The notes below the pieces were generated by a model that saw only the letters and a list, made by a program, of their open reading frames with translations, searched no databases and was not told the DNA's origin. Shown here piece after piece: positions 37,205 to 52,336 of a stretch of 64,000 nt of DNA. Origin of the DNA: the human T2T-CHM13v2.0 reference genome, Homo sapiens; NCBI RefSeq assembly GCF_009914755.1, contig NC_060928.1. One strand, written 5' to 3'. The position numbers and the translations under genes are program-made. The first letter of the stretch is position 1. Every line of letters starts with the position of its first letter.

Positions 37205-37595
37205 GCCAGGCATGGTGGCTCACGCCTGTAACCACAGCACTTTGGGAGGCAAAGACAGGAGGATCGCTTGCATTCAAGAGTTCAAGACTAGCCTGGGCAA
37301 CATAAGGAGACCCTGTCTCTAGAAAAAATAAAAAATTAGCTGGGTATGATGGTGCGCACCTGTAGTCCTGTCTACTCAGGAGGCTGAGATGAGAGGATTG
37401 CTTGAGCCTGGGAGGTTGAGGTTGCAATGAGCCTCACTGCACTTCAGCCTAGGTGACAGAGTGAGACCCTGTCGAAAGAAAAGACAAAGAGAGAGAAAGA
37501 AAGAAAAAGAAAGAAGGAAGGAAGGAAGGAAGGAAGGAAGGAAGGAAGGAAGGAAGGAAAGAAGGAAGGAAGGGAGGGAGGGAGACAAAAAAGGA
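37205..37595 (+). mobile_element. Alu (AluJ-like) with tail expanded into a (GAAG)n/GA-rich microsatellite
   Basis: Alu body 37205-37480, purine repeat to ~37595; TSD GAAAAAGTATGGGA. Confidence 0.92.
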
Positions 37596-38304
37596 AAAAG
37601 TATGGGAGACTGGTCTTTGTTCAGTCCCCATCACTTACTTCCCCACCTGTTTAATGAATGAATTTGAGAAAGGAAATTGAAACCATAAGGCTCAGTAGAT
37701 TCTGGGCTGTTGCTTTTACAGGAAAGGCTGGAGTTCTAAGTGAGATAGCCATTTCTGGGCCAGGAGAGGGACAGGGGAGTGATAAATTACCCTCTCTCAG
37801 ACCTCAGTGTGTCGTTATGTGGTCTTTCGTGGCTGGCTTCTTTCACTTAGCATAAGGTTTTTGAGGGTCATCCATGTTGGAGCATGTATCCACCCTTCCT
37901 TCCTTCTTATGGTCAAGAAATATTCTATTGTATGGAATACCACATTTTGTTTACTTATTCATCAGCTGATAGGCATTTAGATTGTTTCCACCTTTAGCTA
38001 TGATGAATAAAGCCGCTATAAACATTCAGGCACAAGTTCTTGTGTAGACATATGTTTTTAATTCTTTGGGGTGTGAAACTAGGAGTGGAATTGCTAGATC
38101 AAATGGTATCTCTGTGTTTAACTTTTTGGGGAACTTTCTGACTGATTTCCAAGGTGGACGCACCATTTTTCATTCCCACAATGTATGAAGTTTCAAGTTT
38201 CCCCAAATCCTGGCCAACACTTATTATAGTCGTGCTAGTAGATAGGTCTTTCACTGAGGTTCTGATTGTTGCATTTCCCTGGTGGATAGCAATGTTGAGG
38301 ATCT

Positions 38305-38590
<286 letters not shown>

Positions 38591-39328
38591 TATAATCTTT
38601 TGATAATCTTTTGATGTGCTTCTTGGCCATTTCTATATTTTTCTTTATTCCTTCCCTCACCACACACAGACTGGTTTGGATCCTATTTCTATTACAATGG
38701 TCCTTACCTTTTTAACATAAACTTGAGGCTTTAAGTCAAACATAATATTAATAGTTTATTCTTCTCCCAAACACAGAGCTCTTAAAAGAATTTATCACTT
38801 TATCCCATCTTAATGATTATTTAGTATTTTATTCCAACTTTATTTTTCACATTCTAAAAGTTTTGTCATTTTTTACAGTATTTACTTAGTAACTTAACTA
38901 AATACTCATTTGCCAATTACATTGTTTACCATTGCTCACTACACCTCACTATTTTTTTTGGTTTCAACTTCCTTCTTCCTGAAGGACAAGCAACAGCATT
39001 TTTCCAGCAAGACCCTATAAGTGATGAATTGTGTTTGTTCTATCAATTTAAAAAAACTTTGTCATCATTCTTGAATGATAGTTTCTTTTGTATAGATTCT
39101 AACTGACACTTTGCTTTAGTATTTCAAAACATTATTCCATTTATTTCTGGTTCCTAATATTGCTGTTGTAAGTCTGATTACTGCTCCTCTAGGTAATTTG
39201 CCCTTTTTCTCTGGGTGCTTTTAAGATTTTTTGTGTGCTTTGTTTCTAATATTCGTTTTTACTTCTGCGTCTAGATACCTGTATTTATATATTCTGCTCA
39301 TTTCATTGTGTGTCTTAAGTATGAAGTT

Positions 39329-39920
<592 letters not shown>

Positions 39921-40189
39921 GAGATTCACATTTTTTATCAATTTGGAAATTTTCAAACATTACCCTTTCAAACTTTACCTGTTCTTCATTTTCTTTTTTT
40001 CTTCTGGCATCATACTGTTTGGCTCTCTCCCTTTTCTCCTCCATGTTTCTTATCTTCTTTCATTTTCCATCTCTGTTAATCTCTGCTGCTTTCTGGGTAT
40101 CTACCAGAAGATTTAGCTTCTAGAGCGCTAGTTCTCTAGGTATCCCTAATTAGCTATTCAATCACCACTCATGTTTTACTTTCTAATTT

Positions 40190-40614
40190 TGTTGTTTTTT
40201 TTCCTGATGTGTTCTTACTTTGTCGCCCAGGCTGGAGTGCACTGGCATGATCATAACTCACCGCAGGAACTCCCCCCAATAAAGCTAAAACTCACCTGAG
40301 TTGTAAAAAACTCCAGCTGACATAAAATAAACTACGAAAGTGGCTTTAACGTATCTGAACACACAATAGCTAAGACCCAAACTGGGATTAGATACCGCAC
40401 TATGGGCTCAAGCAATCCTCCCTTCTCAGGCTCCCAAGTAGCTAGGATTATAAGCAAGCACCACTGCAATCAGCTAATTTTTAAACTTCTTGTAGAGATA
40501 AGGTCTCGCCATCTTGCCTAGGCTGGTCTCAAACTGCTGGCCTCAAGCGATCCTCCCATCTTGACCTCCCAACATGTGAGGATTATAAGCATAAGCCACA
40601 GCACCTTGCCCAGC
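40190..40614 (-). mobile_element. Alu (AluJ-like) interrupted by the NUMT
   Basis: GAACTCC|insert|TGGGCTCAAGC restores the Alu consensus. Confidence 0.92.
40274..40404 (+). pseudogene. NUMT: 131-bp fragment of mitochondrial 12S rRNA (MT-RNR1, approx. rCRS 962-1092)
   Basis: CCCCAATAAAGCTAAAACTCACCTGAGTTGTAAAAAACTCCAG...AAGACCCAAACTGGGATTAGATACCgCACTATG matches recalled human 12S with about 5 substitutions; interrupts an antisense Alu. Confidence 0.95.
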
Positions 40615-40641
40615 TATTTCTTTTTTGGAAGTTCTATTTGA

Positions 40642-40955
40642 GGCCAGGCGCAGTAGCTCACGCCTGTAATCCCAGCACTTTGGGAGGCCCAGGACGGGAA
40701 GATCACCTGAGGTCAGGAGTTTGAGACCAGCCTGGCCAACATGGCGAAACCCTGTCTCTACTAAAAATACAAAATTAGCTGGGTGCGGTGGTGGGCACCC
40801 ATAATTCCATCTACTCAGGAGGCTGAGGCAGGAGAATTGCTTGAACCTGGAAGGTGAAGGCTGTAGTCAAGAAGTGAAGGTGAGTCAAGACCGCGCCACA
40901 GCACTTCAGCCTGGGTGGCAGAGCGAGACTCTGTCTCAAAAACAACAAAAAAAGA
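40642..40955 (+). mobile_element. Alu (AluS-like) with a small internal duplication
   Basis: Dimeric Alu; TSD-like GAAGTT(C/A)TATTTG. Confidence 0.92.
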
Positions 40956-41598
40956 AGTTATATTTGGATCTATAAAACCTGCTTGGTCTTTTCTTAATAG
41001 TGCATTCTTTGCTAGGGTTTTAAATTCTGCTAGTGTGCCTTTGATCATTTTGAACATATTTATTTTATACTCTTTCCCACTGTCATTCAGTTATCTCAGT
41101 TTCTTAGTGTTCTGTATTCTTGATTTTTATCACTCATAGCATATCACTTCCCCATGAGTTCTGTGCCTTTTTAGGAACTCATCTTTAATGTGAGTTTTTT
41201 TTTTCTCTCTCTGACCATCTTTTCCAAGTGGTTTGGTATTTGTTTGTGCTAGACAGAACTATCAAAAGCTTAGACTGATATTCATGTTACCTTCTCACCT
41301 GAGAAAGATGACTAATGACAGAACCGGTAACCAGGAAATTAGATCTGAGGTAAACAACTAGAGAGCAGACAGGTTGATATTTTTCCCCTTCCCAAAGTCC
41401 AAGCTTCTACAGACAAGCCATTTTTTAAATCTACCTCTGCCAGTGAATAGAGTTTTTTTTTTTTTTGACTCATATTTATACATTTTTTAAATCAGAAGGC
41501 TCCAGATAAATCTTATAAACTACGCATTATTGGTTTAAGATATAGATGATAGCAGCAGGTTAACACTCCTGCCGTAAGAAAGAAATAGAAAAAAACAT

Positions 41599-41890
<292 letters not shown>

Positions 41891-42402
41891 GAAGAGAAAA
41901 ACATAAGCAAAAACAAAAACCATATTTTAAGACACTGAAAAAACTACAGAAACAAAATCTAGAGAAATTAAATTCCAGAGAGGGAGAAGTCCTTCCTAGG
42001 AAATTGGCAGTCACTTCTATTCTGTTGCTCTATGTGCAACAAGAGTAAGAGTAAAGGGTGGAGTCTCTCTGAGGGAAAACACTGACTTCAATCTCTATGG
42101 TCCTTTTATACATAATGTCTGACATATAATGAAAAAGTATGAAATGTGAAGCACAAAAAATTGTGACCTATAATCAAAGGAAAAACAGACACTAGAAGCA
42201 GATACACAGATAACTCAATTAAATAGACAGATATTAAAGATATTGATCTTTAATGCTTATGCACCTCATAACATAGCTTCAAAATACACAAAGCAAACTG
42301 ACAGAAATAAAACGAAAGACAGACAAATCCATAATCATTGCATATATTAATATATCTCCCTTAGAAAATGGTAGACTAAGCAGACAAGAATATCAGTAAG
42401 GA

Positions 42403-42987
42403 TAAAACCGTCCCTATGAACTTTATAAAATAAATCAGGAAATAAGGGAGAGGCGGGAACAAAAATAAACCGAGCTTGCAACACATTTAGCATTTAATCA
42501 TTAGATCAGCTTCCTCTCTGACCCACTTCCTCATAGTTGTCTGCCTATTGTCTTAGACTCATGTAGGCCCTAGATTATAGTTCTCTTTAACTGCTCTATA
42601 AACAAAACTTATTAAACATTATGCAACATTAAGTTTTCCTTTTGAGATATGGTTTCAGGTCCTGAATACCGGTGAAACTACTGACATCAGCTGGTCTGAA
42701 GGACCCCACAAGGAGGTGACTCTCCAAAGAATGCAGTGTCTACATCCTGATGATTTCATCCCCCTTACCCCAACCAATCAATGACACCAATTTTGCAGTC
42801 CCTTCCCCTTCATTGTCCCCTTAAAATCTCCAGCCCAGAACTCCTTGGGGAGATAAATTTGAGGGTCTCCTCCTATCTCCTCACTTAGTACCCTGTGATC
42901 ATTAAACTCTCTGCTGCAAACCCTGATGTCTCAGTGTATTTGTATGTTACTGTGCAGTAGGCATATAAACCTGTTGATCTTTTAACA
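42403..42987 (+). mobile_element. Solo ERV1 LTR (LTR26-like) inserted in L1M
   Basis: TaAAACCGTCCCTATGAACTTTATAAAA...AACA; ATTAAA signal 42901; host L1 CAGTAAGGA|TATAAAA resumes after it. Confidence 0.75.
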
Positions 42988-43308
42988 GGATATAAAATAT
43001 TTGAGTACTACTAACCAACTTGATTCCATTGAAATTTACAAAATACTATACTCAAATATTATAGAACACACTTTCTTTTCAAGTACATGTAAATATTTAC
43101 AAAATACACCACATTCTGGAACATAAAGCAAGTCTCAATACATTTCAAAGCATTGAAATCATATAAAAATATTTATTGACCAGTGTAATTGAACTAGAAA
43201 TCAGTAACAGAAAGATAACTAAAGAATTCAAAAATGGTGGAAATTGAGAGAGGAAGTCACAATGGAAATTGTAAATTTTATTTAACTAAACAATAATAAA
43301 AAATTTTC

Positions 43309-43660
<352 letters not shown>

Positions 43661-43758
43661 TTAAATCAATGCCTAGAGGAAAAACAATAGTTAAAATGCT
43701 CATTAGAAAAAAATATATTTTATTTCAATCATCTAAGCTTCCATCTCAAGAAGCTAGA

Positions 43759-44074
<316 letters not shown>

Positions 44075-45961
44075 TTACACTCAAGAAATTAGAAAGAAGG
44101 GAATACAAATCAGAGCAAAAAAAAAAAAAAAATTCAACGAAATCAAAGACAAATATAAATAGGGGAAAAAAATCAACAAATCCAACAGTTTGTTCTCAGA
44201 AAAGATTAATAAAATTTTATAAAACTCTAGCAAGACTGGTAAGAAAGAAAATACAAATTATCAATGTCAGAAAAGAAAAATGGGACATAACTTGAGATCT
44301 CTACTGACATTTAAAAGGATACAAGATTATTCTGTATAACTAGATATTAACAACTTAGAAGAAATGGATAAAATGCTTGAAAAAAACACAACTTTCCTAA
44401 ACTGATACAAAAACAAAAAGTGAATAGTCCTATATCTGTTTTTTAAAATTGAATCCATAATTTAAAACCTTCCTACAAAAACATCCTCAAGCTCAGGTGG
44501 CCTCACTGGTAAATTCTACTAGCATTTAATGAAAAATTAAGCTATTCATATATAAACTCTTTCAAAGACAAGAACAAGAAGGAACAATTCCCAGCTTGTT
44601 TTATGAACTCATATGACCCTGGTACCAAAACCTGACAAGGACATTACGAGAAAATAAGTCTTCAAACCAATATTCCTCATAAGCAAAGATACAAATAATC
44701 CTCATCAAAATATTAACAAGTCAAACCCAAAAATATATTTAAAAGTATATTAAATAATGACCAAGTGGGGTTTATCCCAAGAATGCAGGTTGGTATAATT
44801 TCTGTAAATCAATGAAATTAATCACATTAAGAGAATGAAAGGAACAATGTGGTTGTCGCAATAAACACATCAAAGTATATAATAAAATTCAGCATCTTTC
44901 ATGATTAAAAAAAAATCAACAAACTCGAAATAAAAAAAAAAAACTTCTTCAACCTAATAAATGGTATCTGTGAAAAACCTGCAGCTAACATTATACTTAA
45001 TGATGAAAGACTGAATGCTTTGCCCTTAAAATCAGGAACAATGCAAGAATATCTGCTCTCATCACTTCTATTCATCATTGTACTAGAAGTTTCACTCAGT
45101 ACATAAGGCAATCAAAATAAATAAATGCCATTCAGATGGTAAAGGAAGACAGTTTTAGCCCTTATTCACAGATGACATGATTCTAAATATAGAAATCATA
45201 AGGTAGTCACAACCTCTTAGAACCAATAACTACATTTTGCAGGATCACAATCCACAAGGTCAATATTTTAAAAAGCAATTGTTTTTCTACATACAACCTA
45301 CAAAGAGTTGGAAATGACATTATTAAATATCTTTGTCATAAACATCAAATACCTAGAAATAAATTTAAAATGTGTAAGGGTTCTACACTGAAATTTTAAA
45401 AATATTGCTAGGAAAAATAAAGAATAAAGAGACAGATCACGTTCATGTTTTGGAAGATTTAATATTGTCGAGATGATCATTGTTCCCATATTGATCAAAT
45501 TATTCAATGTAACTGAAATGAAAATCCCAGCAAGAATTTTTTGGAAACTGACAAGCTGAATCTCAAGTATATATGGAAAACAAAGGGCCTAAAATAGCCC
45601 AAGATAATGTTGAAAAAAACCATGCTGAAGGATTTACATTATCATATTTCAAGACTTGATATCAAACCATACTAATTAAGAGAATGTGGCATTAGTGTTA
45701 GGATACATAGATATATGGAATAAAAATGATTCCATAAATAGACCAACACATATTGGTTACTTGATTTATGGTGAAGATCCATGCAATTCTGTAGGGAGAA
45801 AGATAGTCTTTTCAACAGAAGGTGCTGAAGCAATTGAGTATCAACAGAGAAAAAACATACATATTTTTGGCCCTCATCTAATACCACACACAAAATTTAA
45901 TTGAGATAGTTCATAGATCGTAGATTTCAATGTAAAAGATAAAAGAACAAAACTTCTAGAA

Positions 45962-46262
45962 GGCCAGGCATGGTGGTTCAAGCCTATAATCCCGCCACTT
46001 TGGGAGGCCGAGGAGGGAAGATCATTTGAGCCCAAGAGTTCAACACCAGCCTGAGCAACATGGTGAGACTCCATCTCTACAAAAAATTTTTAAATTATCC
46101 GGGCGTGGTGGCTTAGATCTGTAGTCCCATCTACTCAGGAGGTAAGGCAGAAAGATTACTTAGCCCAGGAGTTCAAGGCTGCAGTGAGCTATGATAGTAC
46201 CACTGCACTCCAGCCTTGGTGACAGAGCAAAACTCTGTCTAAAAAAGGGAAACAAACAAAAA
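45962..46262 (+). mobile_element. Alu (AluJ-like)
   Basis: Dimeric Alu; TSD AAAACTT(C/T)TAGAA. Confidence 0.9.
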
Positions 46263-47277
46263 ACTTTTAGAAGAGAACGTAGAAGACTATCTTCATGATC
46301 CTAGGATAAGAAAAGATTTCTTAAATATGAATTAAAAGCACTAACCATAAAAAAAAGACTGTTAAATTGGACATCATCAAATTTAAAACTCCTAGATATC
46401 AAAAGATACCATTAGGAAAGCAAAAAGGCAACAAAGGATTTTTATCCAGAATATATTATTGGTCCTACAGACCAATAAGAGACAAAACAATTTCAAAATG
46501 GGCAAATTCAGACACTTTATAAGAAGATAGCCAAATAACCAATAAGTATATGGAAAGGTGCTAACTCTATTATTCATCAAGGAAATGCAAATGAAACTAC
46601 AATGAGATACCTTTACAAACTCACTAGAATGAATACAATTTTTAAAGATTAATAATTTATCCAGTTGGCCAGGATATGGAGCAAATGAAACTACTGATAG
46701 ACATAGAAAATGGTACAATGGCCTTGGAAAACTGCTTTGCAGTTTCTTCTAAAGCTAAACATATGCTTACTCTATAACCAGAAACTTTTCTTAAAAATGC
46801 ATACCCAAAATAAATGAGTACTTATGTCCAAAATGATTATACAAGAATGTTCTTGGCAGGTTTACTCATAATAGATTTAAACTGGAAATGATACTAATAC
46901 CCCAAAACAGGAGAAGGCATCAATTGCAGTATATTCTTCACTGCAATAAAAAGAATGAATTATTGTTACATATAACATGAGTGAATTTCCCAGATATTAT
47001 GTCGCATGAAAGAAGCCAGGCATAAAGAATATATACTGAATGATTCCGTTTACATGAAGTTCAGGAAACAATTCTATGAGGATAGAAATCAGGATGGCAG
47101 TTACTGCTGGGGACACATATAACCTAAGAAAGATCACAGGTAACTTTTAGGTGTAATAAATGTTTTCTATCTTAATCTGAGTGTTGGTTACATGAGTGTA
47201 TGGGTGGATGAAAAACTCAATTAGTGCACCTGACATACTTTATTATATCATGCCTCAATAAAAAACTACTTAGCATT

Positions 47278-47590
<313 letters not shown>

Positions 47591-48071
47591 CTACTTAGCA
47601 TTAACACTTGTATTTTAATCAAACATAGACCTAAATGTGAAAGGCAAAATAGTAAAACTTCTAGAAGAAAACACTGAGACTATCTTCATGATCTTGGGAT
47701 AAGTGAAGATTTTTAAATATGACTCAAAAATACTAACCATAAAAAAAACAAGAGATTGCAATAAAGAATACCAGAGAGTCTATTAGTCTATCACCTTAAC
47801 ACATTTATCTACAATTTATCCTGTGAACTTTTGAGGGTCCCAGCCTTGTATAGAAAGAAAAGATCAGTTCCAATCCCCTCCATCACAAGGCCCCACGACC
47901 TTCTCTCAGTCTTCATGTGAATGCTAAAACCCCAAGTCCTTAAGTCAACAACTCCCACACACATTTCCCTAATTTTTTCTCCCTCCCCAATTCAGGTCAT
48001 CAGCCTTACCTAATGTCTGATGCTAGGGGAAGAGAAATGTTCAACAAGCATTCCTCCTCATCTTTGCCTAA

Positions 48072-48383
<312 letters not shown>

Positions 48384-48775
48384 TGAGGTTAAGCCAAAAA
48401 GAAGTGACATCTTTATTCTCTAGCTCTTTTATGACACTTCTCCCCACCCCCCCGCCCACTGGGTTATCCTGTGCGTGATCTTCCAACTCAAACAGGAAAG
48501 ATTAACAGCTGCAGGGAAAACGTCAGTTAACCACATTGTACCACATTTTATTCCATTACATTTGAGAAGCAAAATGGGTAATATTCAGTGTTTAAAGTGG
48601 GAAAAGAAGTCCAGGCTCTTGGTGCATACACTTCTTCATGTGATCTTTTTCATAGTTCTCCTGTCAGTGGGCTATTCTCTCCCAACAGAATAACTGCCCC
48701 CTGCCCGTGACGCCGGAAAACAAATAGGAATGAATTCTATGACCACTGTGATAACTGAAAAATGTGGGAAAATAG

Positions 48776-49173
48776 TGAAGCAGCGTCGTTGTCAGGGGTA
48801 AATACCTGAAGTTCGTTGTCTCACACCAAGGGAATCAAGGACACTGACATAAGAAGTGAGTTTAAGACCAGAGGTTTAACAGGCGAAGGAAGAAAAGAGA
48901 ACAGCTCTCTCTCCCGCAGAGTAAGAGAGGCGCCCAAGAGTATCTTCCGGTTTTGTAGAGAAATGCACTGGGTTTTATAGGCGTGCTTAAGGAGGCGGTG
49001 TATGATTTACATAGGGCCCAAAGATTGGCTGGAGCAGGAGTTCTCTTTGCATAGCACGGGAAGAAGCTGGCCACCCCACCCTAATCTTTCGTTTTGCAGA
49101 TGGGGTCTCTACATGGCTGGAGCCATGTTGTCTGTTCCTTATTGTACATGTGGTTAGCCAAGAAAAGGGAGGA
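48776..49173 (-). mobile_element. ERV1 LTR (LTR9/MER61-like), truncated
   Basis: TGAAGCAGCGTCGTTGTCAGGGGTAAATACC...AGAACAGCTCTCTCTC resembles the reverse strand of LTR9/MER61; ends abruptly at an Alu. Confidence 0.7.
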
Positions 49174-49549
<376 letters not shown>

Positions 49550-49684
49550 TTCTATGGTATCTTTTGATGAAGAGAGGATTTTAATTTTAATGTTGCAGAA
49601 TGTTTGGATATTTTCCTCTAGTTGCTTTTCATATATTGAATAAGAACACCTTCCTTACCATGAAGCCATGAAAATAGTCTCCTA

Positions 49685-49996
<312 letters not shown>

Positions 49997-50630
49997 CTAT
50001 ATTACCTTCTAAAAGATTTCATTTTACCTGTTACATAGGTCTTTAGCCCACCTAGAATTATTTTGATAAATGGAGTAAGGAAGGGGTCTCATTTCTTTCT
50101 ATCTCTATCTCTTTCATCTCTGTCTTCATCTCTGTCTCTCAGAGTTTGCTGATTTGTCCTAGCCTCATTTATTGTAAACTTCATCCTTTCCCCACTGACA
50201 CATCATGCAACCTCAAACTTACATCCAGGGTTGACACATGTGGGTGTCTTTTTCTGGACTCTCCATTATGTTCCATTGTTTATTTGTCTGTTCCTGCTTC
50301 CTTTACCACACTGACATAATTACACATAGTAACACTCTGTATTAGCCTTGATGTCTCATAGAGTAAGACATCTAACATTTTTCTTCACCTTCAAGAGTGC
50401 CTTGGCCACCATGAGCCCTTCTTATTTTCATATAAAGTTTAAAATCAGCTTAAGTTCCTCAAAAGATTGGGGTTTGATTGGGATTATATTTATTACAAAA
50501 ATCAGTTTAGGAAGAATTGTCATCTTAACTATATGGAGTCTTCTAATTTGTAGGCTTAATATACCTCTTCTGTTAAACACATTTTCTTTAATATCAGTAA
50601 CATTTTATTATTTTATTTGAAGAAGTCTTA

Positions 50631-51190
50631 CGTAGAAAGCAAAAAGTTTCCTCTTCAAAGTTTTCCTTCTTGTTAAAGAATAAATCACAAGTGTTAGAAA
50701 TAATAGTTTATTTTAAAGACTTTCTTCAAGCCTCCTTGCTTTGTGCTAATAACTTTGTTAAGCCCTATCCTATGTAACTGTTGGACGTCATCACAGACAC
50801 ATTCCAGCTCACAGCGTATGCCCCTTCCTTATTTGGAAATGTTATTGCTTCCTTAAACCTTTCGTAAGCAACTTCTTGTTGTTCTTCTCTGCACTTAACT
50901 ATTTAGGAAAGTTGCAGGTTATTAGTAAACTGGGTATCAGTTTAAGATTGTGAGGTCCCACTCCAGTCAATGGATGCAGGACACAGCAGTAAGGATGACT
51001 CAAATGCGTTAAGGGATAAATATGTCTGCTTTTCCTTTGTTCAAGGATGCTCTCGCCATTGTTCCATCTGCAATTGAGCACCCTTTCTGCAGAAAGTAAA
51101 GATGGCCTTGCTGAGAGATCTTTTGTCACTGTGATGACTTTTCTTTGTGGCACCAATGATCTATTTCTAACAATTTTGGTATTTCTAACA
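50631..51190 (+). repeat. 5' LTR (LTR10-like)
   Basis: cGTAGAAAG...TTTCTAACA; direct repeat of the 3' LTR. Confidence 0.9.
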
Positions 51191-51733
51191 ATTTTGGTAG
51201 CAATTGTACGGGTATACATTCTCCTCCGGGGCATCTCTAGTCCTCTCTCATGAGGCGCCATGCCGCCTCTTGTGGTGGCCTTAGGGGTAAGGGGCTGAGA
51301 CCCACCCGGTGTGATGAATAAATCTGGACTCTCAGCAACACGGAAAGAAACTGGCCACTAACCTGGGGTAAAGGATCCTCATCTACCATGGCGACGACTC
51401 TGTGCACAGACCAACGAAGGAGAAGCCACGGGAGTCGATAAAGTACTTCCTTGATGGTGAAATTCCGGAGGGCTGAATGTGTATGTGTGTGAATGATCAC
51501 AGACAACCCTGTTTGCAGTGTTGTTTGTGTGGATGGTGACAAGTCCTGCTGCTGGACGGAGTTAGTGGGTCCTCTCCGCGGTCCCCTAGCTACCTCATAT
51601 GGCTTAGGGCGGATCCTGCGTTGGGATTTATACCGGCATGCCAACACTAAGAGGGGCCTAATTCTCCCTCGGGGAAGCGGCCAGAGTGGGAAGTGTGCAA
51701 GGGACCTTCAGAGAAGGAAAGGGAGGAAACAGG

Positions 51734-51884
51734 TCAACCTCCCAGGGCAGGCAAGGCAAGACATACATCCCTGGTTTGAGGGGTTGAGCCTTCTGGGGCA
51801 GGCAAAGCACCCCCTGGTTTGAGGGGTTGCACCTTCCAGGACAGGCAAGGCAAGACATCCCTGGTTTGAGGGGTTGAGCTTTCC
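51734..51884 (+). repeat. Tandem repeat, three ~42-48 bp units, in the ERV leader
   Basis: CCCTGGTTTGAGGGGTTG occurs three times, separated by CAGGCAA(G/A)GCA-containing spacers. Confidence 0.85.
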
Positions 51885-52303
51885 GCTAATTTCAGGAGAC
51901 TGAACCTTACCAGTAAGCAACATGGGAAACGTTTCTAGTAAAATGAGGACAAGGAGTAAAGCTGACTCAGGGAGAGGTGAAGGTGATCAGATTCCTTCTG
52001 GTAGTCCTTTAGGGTGTATGTTAAAATATTAGAAGGATAAGGAAAGGACCAAAAACACGTAAAAGCAGCTGCTGTCCCAGCTTTACCCTCCTTAAGCAGC
52101 CATTCCACCTTGTTGTCAGTGTAAACAAGGGCGTAGCCTTAGAAATACCCTAATCAAAAATCCTTAACACAGTAACCCGCGGATGGCCCAAATGCATTCA
52201 GTCTGTAGCGGCAACTGCTTTGCTAACAGAAGAAAGTAGAAAAATAACTTTTAGAGGAAACCTCATTATGAGCACACCTCACCAGGTCAGAACTATCCTA
52301 AGT

Positions 52304-52336
<33 letters not shown>

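Noticed and set aside
40378-40404. NUMT ends at a widely used universal 12S primer site, suggesting a PCR or assembly artefact
   Set aside because: It has a substitution inside the primer site, other divergent bases and clean Alu junctions, consistent with a real insertion
51734-51884. CRISPR-like repeat-spacer appearance
   Set aside because: The spacers resemble each other, the context is a eukaryotic ERV leader and no cas genes are present
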